From the IMG/VR virus record IMGVR_UViG_3300020371_000002: a stretch of DNA of 64,000 nt. The stretch is one strand, 5' to 3'. Below are positions 18,421-26,911 of this stretch, piece by piece. Source of the stretch: a virus. Its lineage: Duplodnaviria; Caudoviricetes. Position 1 is the first letter of the stretch. Every line of letters starts with the position of its first letter. The notes under the pieces were generated by a model. It worked only from the letters and a program-made list of their open reading frames with translations. It did not search any database and had not been told where the DNA came from. The translations under genes were made by a program, and so were the position numbers.

Positions 18421-18707
18421 GTCGTTGCTAGTTTCAGGTAGGCGTCAATAAGTGCTTTGTGTGGTTCGACGAGTGTTAGAATACTCTCGGACGACATCAT
18501 TATAACATTATCGTCCGTATAGTCTACCAGCCAAGGAACCAATCTTTCTTGTGGTGGCAGATCTGTTTCGTGTTTACCCAAAATTTTATATGGGGAAGTA
18601 AGTTTGCAATTCGGGTTACCGATATCAGCAAGAACTTCTTCAATCCGAGTAATTAATACCTCATCATTTTTTAAGATAAGGATTTGTACATTAATTTCCG
18701 AGTCCAT
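18417..18707 (-). CDS. small hypothetical protein, Sm/SH3-like paralogue
   Basis: VQILILKNDEVLITRI, beta-rich pattern. Confidence 0.75.
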   Translation of the reverse strand: MDSEINVQILILKNDEVLITRIEEVLADIGNPNCKLTSPYKILGKHETDLPPQERLVPWLVDYTDDNVIMMSSESILTLVEPHKALIDAYLKLATT

Positions 18708-19008
18708 CCATTTTCTCCGTGTAGGATTCTTTCACAGCTTCAAGTGGTTCTACAGCAGTAACAATCCAATCTGGATCAACAGGGATACGATTTTCAGCAG
18801 ACATCGGCATCCATTGATAGAACCTGCAACTATATCTAGGTGGGCCAGATTCCTTTCCTTCAGTCAATAATTCTGGATCTTCAACCAACTTAACGATGAA
18901 AGGATTGGTCAATACCATAAAGATTGGCTTCTCATTCTCATCTACCAACTCTTGTACATCTGCAATAACTTCTTCATTTGATTTCAAGAGCAAAAGTTTG
19001 ATAGCCAT
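18691..19008 (-). CDS. small hypothetical protein, Sm/SH3-like paralogue
   Basis: MAIKLLLLKSNEEVIADV...FYQWMPMS...DWIVTAVEP. Confidence 0.8.
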   Translation of the reverse strand: MAIKLLLLKSNEEVIADVQELVDENEKPIFMVLTNPFIVKLVEDPELLTEGKESGPPRYSCRFYQWMPMSAENRIPVDPDWIVTAVEPLEAVKESYTEKMDGLGN

Positions 19009-19027
19009 TTCATCCTTTGATAGTTAA

Positions 19028-19231
19028 GTAGGGTGGGAGGAGGGGATACTTCATACCCTCATGTTATGGGAATCGCTAAAGCGAATATTTGTACATAACA
19101 ACAATGGTTCCCTTGGTCGGGGTTCTCCAGGACGGACCCAGCAGCGAGCACCACCTCTAACCATTTTACCTTACCCCGCCAAATTCCAACAGGGTTATTC
19201 AGTCACTCCCCGTTGAGTGATCAACTCAACA
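19028..19231 (-). ncRNA. manA-like structured RNA
   Basis: GGGGAGUGACUGAAUAA and GAGGUGGUGCU segments match my recollection of the manA motif. Visible helices: GUUGAGU/ACUCAAC, AUGGUU/AACCAU, UGUUAUG/CAUAACA, UCGC/GCGA. Lies just downstream of hsp20. Confidence 0.7.
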
Positions 19232-19236
19232 GATAT

Positions 19237-19265
19237 ATTATGACATAAAAAAAGGGGGGTGTCAA
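19237..19265 (-). promoter_or_regulatory. sigma70-like promoter
   Basis: TTGACA-N17-CATAAT immediately 5' of the manA-like RNA. Confidence 0.75.
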
Positions 19266-19287
19266 CTGGATTGTGCCAGTTACCCCC
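19247..19287 (-). terminator. terminator-like hairpin after hsp20
   Basis: GGGGG-TAACTGG-cacaat-CCAGTTG-aca-CCCCCC followed by a T7 tract. Confidence 0.65.
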
Positions 19288-19307
19288 GCGGCGACGATAT
19301 TCTTAAG

Positions 19308-19315
19308 TATTTATA
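19308..19315 (-). promoter_or_regulatory. late promoter TATAAATA overlapping the hsp20 stop
   Basis: Perfect consensus on the minus strand. Confidence 0.7.
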
Positions 19316-19742
19316 AGTAATCCTTTCGGTGGTGATGGTCAGGCACTACTTTACCTAATTCAATCGTCAATAGCCCATCCTCAAAAGTAACTGATCTAAT
19401 CTCCGTGTCATCGCTGAGCGTCCAACTACGAGTGAAAGTTCTTTGAGCAATGCCTCGATGGGCATATCTAGTTTCGGATTCGTCGGATTCTTTATTTCCA
19501 GTGACGAATAGTTTTCCGAATTCTGTGTAGACATTTACTTCCTCCTTTTTAAAACCTGCAAGAGCAATTTCTAAGCGAGATTCTACGTTGTTAACCTGAA
19601 CTAGGTTGTAGGGAGGGTAATTTGTCGTTTCATTTAGAGCAAAGATACGGTCGAAATAATCGTCCATACCAATTGCATTACGGGTAATCTTATCAAACAG
19701 TGTTGGTAAGTCGGCCGTAGTATATCGTGTTAGGTTTCCCAT
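19311..19742 (-). CDS. hsp20: small heat-shock protein Hsp20/IbpA
   Basis: NYPPYNLV, EIALAGF, HRGIAQRTFTRSWTL, FEDGLLTIEL; start MGNLTRY with AAGGAG SD. Confidence 0.95.
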   Translation of the reverse strand: MGNLTRYTTADLPTLFDKITRNAIGMDDYFDRIFALNETTNYPPYNLVQVNNVESRLEIALAGFKKEEVNVYTEFGKLFVTGNKESDESETRYAHRGIAQRTFTRSWTLSDDTEIRSVTFEDGLLTIELGKVVPDHHHRKDYL

Positions 19743-19800
19743 TGTACTTCTCCTTTTAAAGCGAGATTTGATTGTGTGGACCCCGAAGGCATCCACTACT
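19743..19800 (-). ncRNA. PhotoRC-II-like cis-regulatory RNA in the hsp20 5' UTR
   Basis: GUGGAUGCC-UUCG-GGGUCCAC hairpin followed by CUCGCUUUAAAAGGAG next to the SD; name is from memory of the motif. Confidence 0.55.
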
Positions 19801-19856
19801 AATTATAATACTTTCGCTCTAAAACGAGGTGTTGCAAACCCTCTTATTATGTTCGG

Positions 19857-20426
19857 TTAACTGAATGGCGGACCCCAAATCCATGCAACCAAGACTTTTC
19901 TGGTTCCAGAAAGTACGGGTGTTACCCTATGGTAAGCAAATGAAGGGAACATTGCTACCAGTCCTTTCTGTTTTGGTATTTGGATATCTTCGAAAAGTTC
20001 TAATTGACCTCCTTCATATTCTGAAGGATCACTAAGTTGAATAACCATGGTCAACTTACGGGAAGGCGATAGACCTTCAGCATAATCATGGTGCCAATCG
20101 TATCTCCCATCTTCTTCTCCTTTATAGACAACATATTCAATGGTGTCAAGGACAGAAAGATTAAATCTATAATATTTTGAATTCAGTTTATGAGCAATAT
20201 CACCAACCGCATGAAATAACCACGCAACATCTGGTCCGTTTTCTATAGTTGATACAGAAGATTTTCTATAATTTTCATAATACTCCAACGTTGCTCCAGG
20301 TTGAAGATCCATATTAGAACAGTAGTTGGTAATCCAATCTAACTGTTCATTATTGAAAACACTATCTGCAAAAACAAAAGGTGACGAAGATCCCTGCGGT
20401 GGTGAGCAAGGAGGCATCAAATACAT
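19857..20426 (-). CDS. 2OG-Fe(II) oxygenase (PKHD-type)
   Basis: YDWHHD, RKLTMVIQLS...YEGGQL, FPSFAYHRVTPVLSGTR. Confidence 0.9.
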   Translation of the reverse strand: MYLMPPCSPPQGSSSPFVFADSVFNNEQLDWITNYCSNMDLQPGATLEYYENYRKSSVSTIENGPDVAWLFHAVGDIAHKLNSKYYRFNLSVLDTIEYVVYKGEEDGRYDWHHDYAEGLSPSRKLTMVIQLSDPSEYEGGQLELFEDIQIPKQKGLVAMFPSFAYHRVTPVLSGTRKVLVAWIWGPPFS

Positions 20427-20857
20427 TAGACTTCTGCTTTCTTTTTCTTGCCGATATTATACTTGGTTTCGAGAGTCCAATCACCCTTGTCTTTATAAGA
20501 TAGAACCTTAATTTGATTTAAAGGTGCTACGTCAGAAGTTCTCTCGGGAGACACAATACTGATCAGTCCCCAATCTGATAGTAAATTGATAATTCTATTT
20601 CTACGTTGTACATCATTGAGAGTCAAATTAGCGTGCTTCCCATCTAACGCGAATAACTCTTTGAAGTGTACAATGTAATATCGGCCTTGCTTATGTAGAA
20701 TGTGGCACGACTGATAAATCTTTTTCTCTTTACGGGAGGCTACCCCAATACGAGTGAGTGTTTCTCGTACTTTCAAAAAGTCATCTGGTTCATTCAGAGT
20801 AACTTCTACCATTTGGTCTGGCGACCATGTAACTTCAGGTTCTGCAAATGCAGTCAT
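20426..20857 (-). CDS. regA: translational repressor RegA
   Basis: DDFLKVRETLTRIG, YQSCHILHKQGRYYIVHFKELF. Confidence 0.96.
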   Translation of the reverse strand: MTAFAEPEVTWSPDQMVEVTLNEPDDFLKVRETLTRIGVASRKEKKIYQSCHILHKQGRYYIVHFKELFALDGKHANLTLNDVQRRNRIINLLSDWGLISIVSPERTSDVAPLNQIKVLSYKDKGDWTLETKYNIGKKKKAEV

Positions 20858-21243
20858 TTCACACCTCCAACGTTCAGTCTGTCTCTAATAAATTTGAGTT
20901 GATCTTTATTTAAAATTTTCAAAGCCTGCATTGCTTTTTCATTACTATAGCCATAGTATTGTTTGACAGCATCAAGGTCTTGAACTTTATCCTTTCTTAG
21001 CCAAGGAGAGAATCTCTTCTTCTTCCTGATACTATTTAGATAAAAATCATATTGTAACTTGTTGTCGAGGCCTGGATACTGGTTGATCTCGTTGGAGAAC
21101 ATGATAGTATCAACGAATCCAGAAAGACATTTGTTGACAATAAACGCTGGGTATTTCTTCTCCCACATGGGATCTTCATCATCCATCAAATTGTTCTTGT
21201 TGAAGTTGATGGAATTTAAATAATCTTTCAGTTCGTAGCTCAT
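20854..21243 (-). CDS. gp62: clamp loader small subunit (T4 gp62-like)
   Basis: YLNSIRKKKRFSPW, VKQYYGYSNEKA; position upstream of regA. Confidence 0.93.
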   Translation of the reverse strand: MSYELKDYLNSINFNKNNLMDDEDPMWEKKYPAFIVNKCLSGFVDTIMFSNEINQYPGLDNKLQYDFYLNSIRKKKRFSPWLRKDKVQDLDAVKQYYGYSNEKAMQALKILNKDQLKFIRDRLNVGGVK

Positions 21244-22361
21244 CGTATAATATCAATGGATTCAGGGTTTCTATTCCACGTCTCTAACTCGGTGCGTAGA
21301 CGGCCGTCAGATTTCAGATTCTCGTATCTGTTTGTGGCTTTCTTTCTCCACCACTCAATTATGTTTTCCATGTGGAACTTGTCATAATTCTGCCCAGGAC
21401 AGAGAGTTTCTTGTTCACCAAGAATAACTTCACGAGCATTGCTGAATCCATAATCAGACATATAGAATCTTTTCTTCTCAGTCAGATTTTTTGCACTTAC
21501 AATCGCAGTTTGGAACTCCGCAACCTTTTGAGAAGGTAAGCTTTTCTTGATGATTGCGATCATCTTTTGTTGGGTCTTCAACTTGCGACTCGATGCGTCC
21601 TCCTTTACTAGGAGTTTGTCGTTGTTCCTTGCTATAAACCATCGGTTCAGATCCTTGAATATATCATCATGCAGAAGGGGTGTAAAATCACTCTCAGTGA
21701 GTCCTTTGTACCTCATGTAGGGTTTGAGTCCATCATACTGAGAGGAGGACTTTGTAGACCCGTACAGAGAGGTAGTCTCAAAGAGGCAGATGTCTGCATC
21801 ATATTTACTATTTAACTTCTCTCGTGCTGCATGGGAACAACACATTAAGGCAAGTAACTTACCTCCAAGGTAATTGAAACCAAAAGGTTGAGTGGGAACA
21901 ATAATGAATCCCATAATCGCATGGCGATTAAACCTAGTGAGTTCTGGGACATGTCCCAACCACTCATTACGAGGTTTAGAATTGATTGTAGGGGATCCAA
22001 ATCTACAGAATCCAACAATCTTTTTTGAATTGGTCTCCTGTACAATCCACTTCAGGGACTTACCAGGCACAGAAGATTCAATCGCATGAGATGTAGTAAT
22101 CTGAAGTCGTTCATTAAAGAACTCATTACTGAAACTATCCTTCTCTCCTGCTGCATAAACTTTAAAGTTCATGTCTTGCGGATGCATATCAAAGTCAGAG
22201 AACATATCATCCTCTGGACCAAACCCAGGCAGACTAGGAGTCTGTTGGGAGATTCTATCTAACTTGACATTACGAAGATATTCATCAATCCTTCCCTTGT
22301 TAGAGAAGTAATCAATGAACTTACCTGCTGCATATTCTGCATCGGTTTCACATAACTGCAT
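21240..22361 (-). CDS. DUF4338 (DruA/Mom-related GNAT)-like protein
   Basis: KIVGFCRFGSP...VPTQPFGFNYLGGKLLAL...FETTSLYG...SSQYDG resembles DUF4338; start MQLCE. Confidence 0.6.
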   Translation of the reverse strand: MQLCETDAEYAAGKFIDYFSNKGRIDEYLRNVKLDRISQQTPSLPGFGPEDDMFSDFDMHPQDMNFKVYAAGEKDSFSNEFFNERLQITTSHAIESSVPGKSLKWIVQETNSKKIVGFCRFGSPTINSKPRNEWLGHVPELTRFNRHAIMGFIIVPTQPFGFNYLGGKLLALMCCSHAAREKLNSKYDADICLFETTSLYGSTKSSSQYDGLKPYMRYKGLTESDFTPLLHDDIFKDLNRWFIARNNDKLLVKEDASSRKLKTQQKMIAIIKKSLPSQKVAEFQTAIVSAKNLTEKKRFYMSDYGFSNAREVILGEQETLCPGQNYDKFHMENIIEWWRKKATNRYENLKSDGRLRTELETWNRNPESIDIIR

Positions 22362-22363
22362 AA

Positions 22364-22903
22364 TTATAAAAGGGGAATACAACCAAAGTTGTGAGTAGGA
22401 TCTGGACTAGAATTCTCATCGGTTAGAACATCAAATCCAATGGTAATTCTTACACCATCATACTCAGAGTTATTTACCACTCTATGACGATTGTAACCAG
22501 GGCCCAAATATATGTTTCCTACTTTATTTTCAATTTTGAATCCACGTTCGAATTCAGTTGTAGTATCTTTAGGATCGATACTTACATAACCATGCCATTT
22601 GGCATCATGATTATGCCAATCTAGGACTTGATCCCGAGTATGAAAATTTACCCAAGATTGAATCCACAACCTATCATCATATCCAAGTTTGTCTCTAATG
22701 ATTGCCCTTAAGGCAGAGAACAACTTGTACATATGTACGGATGGAGAACTGGCACCAAAGATATTATATTCGTGATAGTTTCCAGTAGTATTAATTATAC
22801 CAAACTTGGTCAACGCCTCCTGAGAATGCGTCAAATCACTTATGAACTCACTCTGGTGTTGTTCAACATAATCCCAATTAACTAGAGTGTATTCATTCAT
22901 CAT
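22364..22903 (-). CDS. putative 2OG-Fe(II) oxygenase
   Basis: WIQSWVNFH...LDWHNHD, HRV, RITIGFD. Confidence 0.7.
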   Translation of the reverse strand: MMNEYTLVNWDYVEQHQSEFISDLTHSQEALTKFGIINTTGNYHEYNIFGASSPSVHMYKLFSALRAIIRDKLGYDDRLWIQSWVNFHTRDQVLDWHNHDAKWHGYVSIDPKDTTTEFERGFKIENKVGNIYLGPGYNRHRVVNNSEYDGVRITIGFDVLTDENSSPDPTHNFGCIPLL

Positions 22904-23199
22904 ACAATAATCTTTTTCTTAGGTGGAGTCTGCAACTTACTACCGTAAATTTGATTATATTGTTGAACTACTGGTTCAGCAACATCTACGTTGTAGATAA
23001 TAAACTCTTTACCCACGACGATCTCTGGATTCTCTGGGTCAATTACTGTTGCCCATTGGGCAAATCCATAACTTCCCTGATTAGGAATCACAACCAAACC
23101 GTTCTTAACGGTGATTGTTTTATCATCTTCAGAAACAACTTCTGCTACGACTTCTTCACCCGTAGTAATTCTTAGCAATCTAACATTCATTGATTTCAA
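22900..23199 (-). CDS. small hypothetical protein, Sm/SH3-like paralogue
   Basis: VRLLRITTGEEVVAEV; conserved next to gp44 in T4-like cyanophages (recalled). Confidence 0.8.
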   Translation of the reverse strand: MKSMNVRLLRITTGEEVVAEVVSEDDKTITVKNGLVVIPNQGSYGFAQWATVIDPENPEIVVGKEFIIYNVDVAEPVVQQYNQIYGSKLQTPPKKKIIV

Positions 23200-23368
23200 C
23201 CTCTCCTACTAATTCAATGTCTTCAAACTGGTCCGATGTAATTTCATGGGGACCTACTCGATACCAATGTTGTCCCTCTTTCTCTCCAAGATATTCCAAG
23301 TCGTCACACTTGTTTTCTCGCAACCACGCTTGGAGACGTAGATGCTTCAGTTCCGATTCACTAATCAT
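23180..23368 (-). CDS. small hypothetical protein
   Basis: 62 aa, HLRLQAWLRENKCDDLEYLG; overlaps both neighbours. Confidence 0.7.
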   Translation of the reverse strand: MISESELKHLRLQAWLRENKCDDLEYLGEKEGQHWYRVGPHEITSDQFEDIELVGEVEINEC

Positions 23369-24315
23369 TTGTACTCACACTCCACCATTAATTCAGTTAA
23401 CGCCGCGAGGAGGTTGATTTCCTGATCGGCAACAAATGCGGCCTGATACTGATACTTAGCAACAACGAGCACAGCAGCAGCAACGCTAGGACCTTCCAAG
23501 GATGGAACAAGAGCATCGTAAATACGACGCAGAAGTACAGTAGAATCGTTGTCCAAATTATTAACGACCCACTTACGAACTTCAGGGAACTTCTTTTCTT
23601 TGATGTTCTTGATGACATCTTGTATATTTACCTCAGAAAAACTTGCAAGGATTCCAGTGTCAATTACACCACCAACAGAATATCTCTGACACTCGTTTAG
23701 AACTCGGCGCCAATCTGGGAAGTGTTTATTAACAAGTTCTACCAAGACCTTGTTATCAGATTCAATACCCTCTGTAACCAAGATTTCTTGGAGACGTTTA
23801 AAGAACTGTGCTGCGATTGCAGGTTTGTTCTTTTTGGTGATTGCGAAATCAACGACGGCACATCTACTGTGTAACGGTTCGATGATTCGGTTTTTGTAGT
23901 TACAGGTGAAAATGAATCGACAGTTGCGACTAAACTCCTCAATAGACGCCCTAAGGAGGAGTTGTACATCGTTGGTTGTATTGTCAGCCTCATCAATGAT
24001 GATGACTTTGTGTTTAGTATCTGATGTAAGCGAGACGGTCGAAGCGAAGTTCTTCGCATTGTTTCTGACCGTATCGAGAAAACGTCCTTCATCGGATCCG
24101 TTGATGACATAATAGTCAACTCCTAATTCGTTACATAGTGCTTTTGCAACTGTAGTCTTACCAATGCCAGGAGGACCTGACAACAATAGATTGGGAATCT
24201 CACCCTTACTAACAAACTCAGCGAATGTTTTTTTAGTATCCGATGGAAGGATACATTCTTCAATAGTCTTAGGGCGATATTTTTCTACCCAAAGAAATTC
24301 ATTATTCATAATCAA
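23365..24315 (-). CDS. gp44: clamp loader large subunit (T4 gp44-like)
   Basis: LWVEKYRP, GPPGIGKTT, IIDEAD, SRC motif. Confidence 0.96.
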   Translation of the reverse strand: MIMNNEFLWVEKYRPKTIEECILPSDTKKTFAEFVSKGEIPNLLLSGPPGIGKTTVAKALCNELGVDYYVINGSDEGRFLDTVRNNAKNFASTVSLTSDTKHKVIIIDEADNTTNDVQLLLRASIEEFSRNCRFIFTCNYKNRIIEPLHSRCAVVDFAITKKNKPAIAAQFFKRLQEILVTEGIESDNKVLVELVNKHFPDWRRVLNECQRYSVGGVIDTGILASFSEVNIQDVIKNIKEKKFPEVRKWVVNNLDNDSTVLLRRIYDALVPSLEGPSVAAAVLVVAKYQYQAAFVADQEINLLAALTELMVECEYK

Positions 24316-24843
24316 TTAGACCCAATTTGGTTTTCGGGATTCGTCACGAAGATAATTAGATGCAACCCAAGGTTTGCTCCTAATGTAATTTTTGTAAGCA
24401 GTAAAAGTGTCAATGCCTGTGTTATATTTAAACTCATCGGGCATCGCACGGGCAAAGTTGTCTGCGAGATGATAGCATGTGATTGCTAGGTCAGTCTTAC
24501 GATGAAACATTCTTTTGGCTTCAAACAAAGTTTTTGCACAAGAATGTATTTTATTATAACGGTGATTGTACTCAGAGGCGAGGGCACAACCGTGTTGAAT
24601 TAACCATGCAGTATTATAAAGATTTTCTGCAGCCCACTTGGTACATGGATGATTGCGAAATGCACCCTTCTTGGTTGCATATGGTTCCCCGTTCATCTTA
24701 TGCAGATCACCCCAATTAAAATACCACTTGGAGTAGATGATGCTAAGCATCTGACAACTCTCAAGTGGCATCTTGACGATATGTTTGTCAGGGAGTGACC
24801 GAGCAGACATGTGTGGACAAGGTTCGGTCACAAAGATGTTCAT
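24316..24843 (-). CDS. pyrimidine-dimer DNA glycosylase (DenV)-like protein
   Basis: MNIF...DKHIVKMPLESCQML, HPCTKW, EYNHRYNKIH, FARAMPDEFK. Confidence 0.65.
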   Translation of the reverse strand: MNIFVTEPCPHMSARSLPDKHIVKMPLESCQMLSIIYSKWYFNWGDLHKMNGEPYATKKGAFRNHPCTKWAAENLYNTAWLIQHGCALASEYNHRYNKIHSCAKTLFEAKRMFHRKTDLAITCYHLADNFARAMPDEFKYNTGIDTFTAYKNYIRSKPWVASNYLRDESRKPNWV

Positions 24844-25526
24844 TCTTCCCAGGTAATATCAGGTTCCAAAGCAATATAATAAGTCAGATCATACTCAGTT
24901 GACTTGAATTCAGACAAAAGTTTACGAGAGATCTTGACTTCATAAGAGCCAGGAATAATTTTGATGTTCTCTACTTTGAAGTGAAGGGCAAAAGTCTTGT
25001 CAGTTTTACCAACAACTGTAGAGAATCCATTCGAAGTATCATTCTTACGGTCATGTACCTGAAGAATAATATTTCCATCTTTACCGACTACGGACCAGTC
25101 GTCAAGGTGCGATACTGCTGCAGCCTTGCGAAGTTTATCAAACTGATCAGTCTTGAGATTGAACTCAACATCCACAGAAGGAAGTTCAATAGACTTTTCA
25201 GGAGGACTCACAATCACACTAGGATCTGCAAAGAATGCAACTGCTTCATCACCATTCTCCTTCAGTTTAACGAAGGATTGAGAAGTGAAGTGAAACTCAG
25301 GTTCCCTGAACAGGTTGACCTGATTCAAGAACTGAGGCAAATCATAGATTGCAAAGTCATGAGGAAAGTCCTCATCAACATTGGCTTCTGCAAGGATATT
25401 CTTCATCACAGAAATGGTACGGAGTTTAGTACCTTTCTTGAAAAGAATAGACTGGTTGATCGTAGAGAAGTTACGCAGCAGGTTAATAGTACGATCAGAA
25501 AGTTTCATAGGTGTCCTTAGTTTCAT
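24840..25526 (-). CDS. gp45: sliding clamp (T4 gp45-like)
   Basis: MKLSDRTINLLRNFSTINQSILF, FAIYDLPQFL, YYIALEPD; start 25526 or 25508. Confidence 0.95.
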   Translation of the reverse strand: MKLRTPMKLSDRTINLLRNFSTINQSILFKKGTKLRTISVMKNILAEANVDEDFPHDFAIYDLPQFLNQVNLFREPEFHFTSQSFVKLKENGDEAVAFFADPSVIVSPPEKSIELPSVDVEFNLKTDQFDKLRKAAAVSHLDDWSVVGKDGNIILQVHDRKNDTSNGFSTVVGKTDKTFALHFKVENIKIIPGSYEVKISRKLLSEFKSTEYDLTYYIALEPDITWEE

Positions 25527-26286
25527 TATCAAGCCCTGAGAAATGCCAGAGAAGAATACAATAGTGGATGGCTTTTGTGATGTCAAGTTTGGATTTACCA
25601 TCCTTCTTACCAAACCGTGAAAGATATTTAATTGCGTTAGATCGGCAGAATGCTTCTGCATCACCAATACTCTCAATCAAATCAAGAGTCTGGGTTTTAG
25701 ACTCTTGAGAGGTGTAGTGAGATTTGTATGTTGAAGAAAGGTAATCACGAACCTCTTTCAGAATCTTATCTTCATTATACTTCCAAAATCCATTTTTGGA
25801 AGTGGCGTCAAGATTAAGATCAAAATTCACATAATCAGTACCAGAACCATCATAAGTCGGCCAGTCAACCATACCAGCAGCAACTGTATAGTTAGCAGTG
25901 CCTGGATCGATAAAACTACCAGTGTCAGTTGAGGCGAAACTAATTGTATCGGGAGCAGGATTACCAGTCATGTAAGTGTCTTCTTTCCAAAAATCTTGAT
26001 TGGGATTGTCAGGATGATAACGTCCGTTTTCATCTCGACCTTCAAAATAATCACCTTGGATTACTTCTTTTTTCATTGTAGGATCATTCATACGGCGGCG
26101 AGTAACAGTCTTACCCTTATCAGGAGATTCGTAAATGAAAGGATTCTCCCTATTAGGGTCATTGCGATCGTAATCGTACCAGTGTTTTGAATGTTCGATG
26201 TCCTTTTCTTTGTTGCTCATAATAGGATACTCATCATCAAGTGTACCGTTAAGTACGTCATAAAGTAGTGACCAAGAATTAACCAT
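25495..26286 (-). CDS. protein with C-terminal DUF3310-like domain and acidic N-terminal extension
   Basis: STYKSHY...FCRSNAIKYLSRFGKKDG...DITKAIHY. Confidence 0.7.
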   Translation of the reverse strand: MVNSWSLLYDVLNGTLDDEYPIMSNKEKDIEHSKHWYDYDRNDPNRENPFIYESPDKGKTVTRRRMNDPTMKKEVIQGDYFEGRDENGRYHPDNPNQDFWKEDTYMTGNPAPDTISFASTDTGSFIDPGTANYTVAAGMVDWPTYDGSGTDYVNFDLNLDATSKNGFWKYNEDKILKEVRDYLSSTYKSHYTSQESKTQTLDLIESIGDAEAFCRSNAIKYLSRFGKKDGKSKLDITKAIHYCILLWHFSGLDNETKDTYETF

Positions 26287-26911
26287 AACAGAAAAGGAAA
26301 TCGTCAACTAATGATTCAGCCTTCTCTTCACCAAATTTACCCTTAAGATAACCTGATACAGGATCAAGGGCTCTCATGTATTTGTCAAAATCATGATAGG
26401 TTTTGTACATGAGATTCTGGCTGGGTTTCTTTGATTCTAACATGTCTCTGTAAACAGTCAAGTATTTTTTGAAAGTTTCCAGATGTTCATCAACTTCATC
26501 AAATGTACACTTAGCGATGTAAATGTTTTCTGAGAAATGATTGCCAGGTTCAAAGAATCTATAATCTCCTTCGGACTTTGGAAGTTCTGGGATAGAAACA
26601 AGATGATGTTCTACAGGATGTTGAAAGTCAAAAACGATGATGACTTTCTTCTCAAAGAATCCCATAAGATCCATACCGAAGCATGGTAGATTCTCGCCAG
26701 TTCTAGGATAGATTATGTTGTTGTAGATGCAGGATTTTTCATTCCAGATCTCAACTTCCCTAGCCTTATTGATGTACCATTTTTTATCAGTTCCATACAC
26801 CTTGGCGGTGAGAGAGGTTCCTTTCCCCTCCCACTCGGCCCAAGTTGAATGGTGGTACAGTTCTGGAAAGGAATCAAATACTGCTTCCTTCCAATGTTTC
26901 CATAGATCCAT
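26279..26911 (-). CDS. pebS: phycoerythrobilin synthase (ferredoxin-dependent bilin reductase)
   Basis: YPRTGENLPCFGMDLMGF, KKVIIVFDFQHP, YRFFEPGNHFS, LDPVSGY...FGE match recalled cyanophage PebS. Confidence 0.9.
   Translation of the reverse strand: MDLWKHWKEAVFDSFPELYHHSTWAEWEGKGTSLTAKVYGTDKKWYINKAREVEIWNEKSCIYNNIIYPRTGENLPCFGMDLMGFFEKKVIIVFDFQHPVEHHLVSIPELPKSEGDYRFFEPGNHFSENIYIAKCTFDEVDEHLETFKKYLTVYRDMLESKKPSQNLMYKTYHDFDKYMRALDPVSGYLKGKFGEEKAESLVDDFLFCYG

Noticed and set aside
19009-19310. Possible tRNA or CRISPR array in the largest intergenic region
   Set aside because: No cloverleaf, no T-loop GTTCRA/CCA end and no direct repeats; better explained as manA-like RNA plus promoter and terminator
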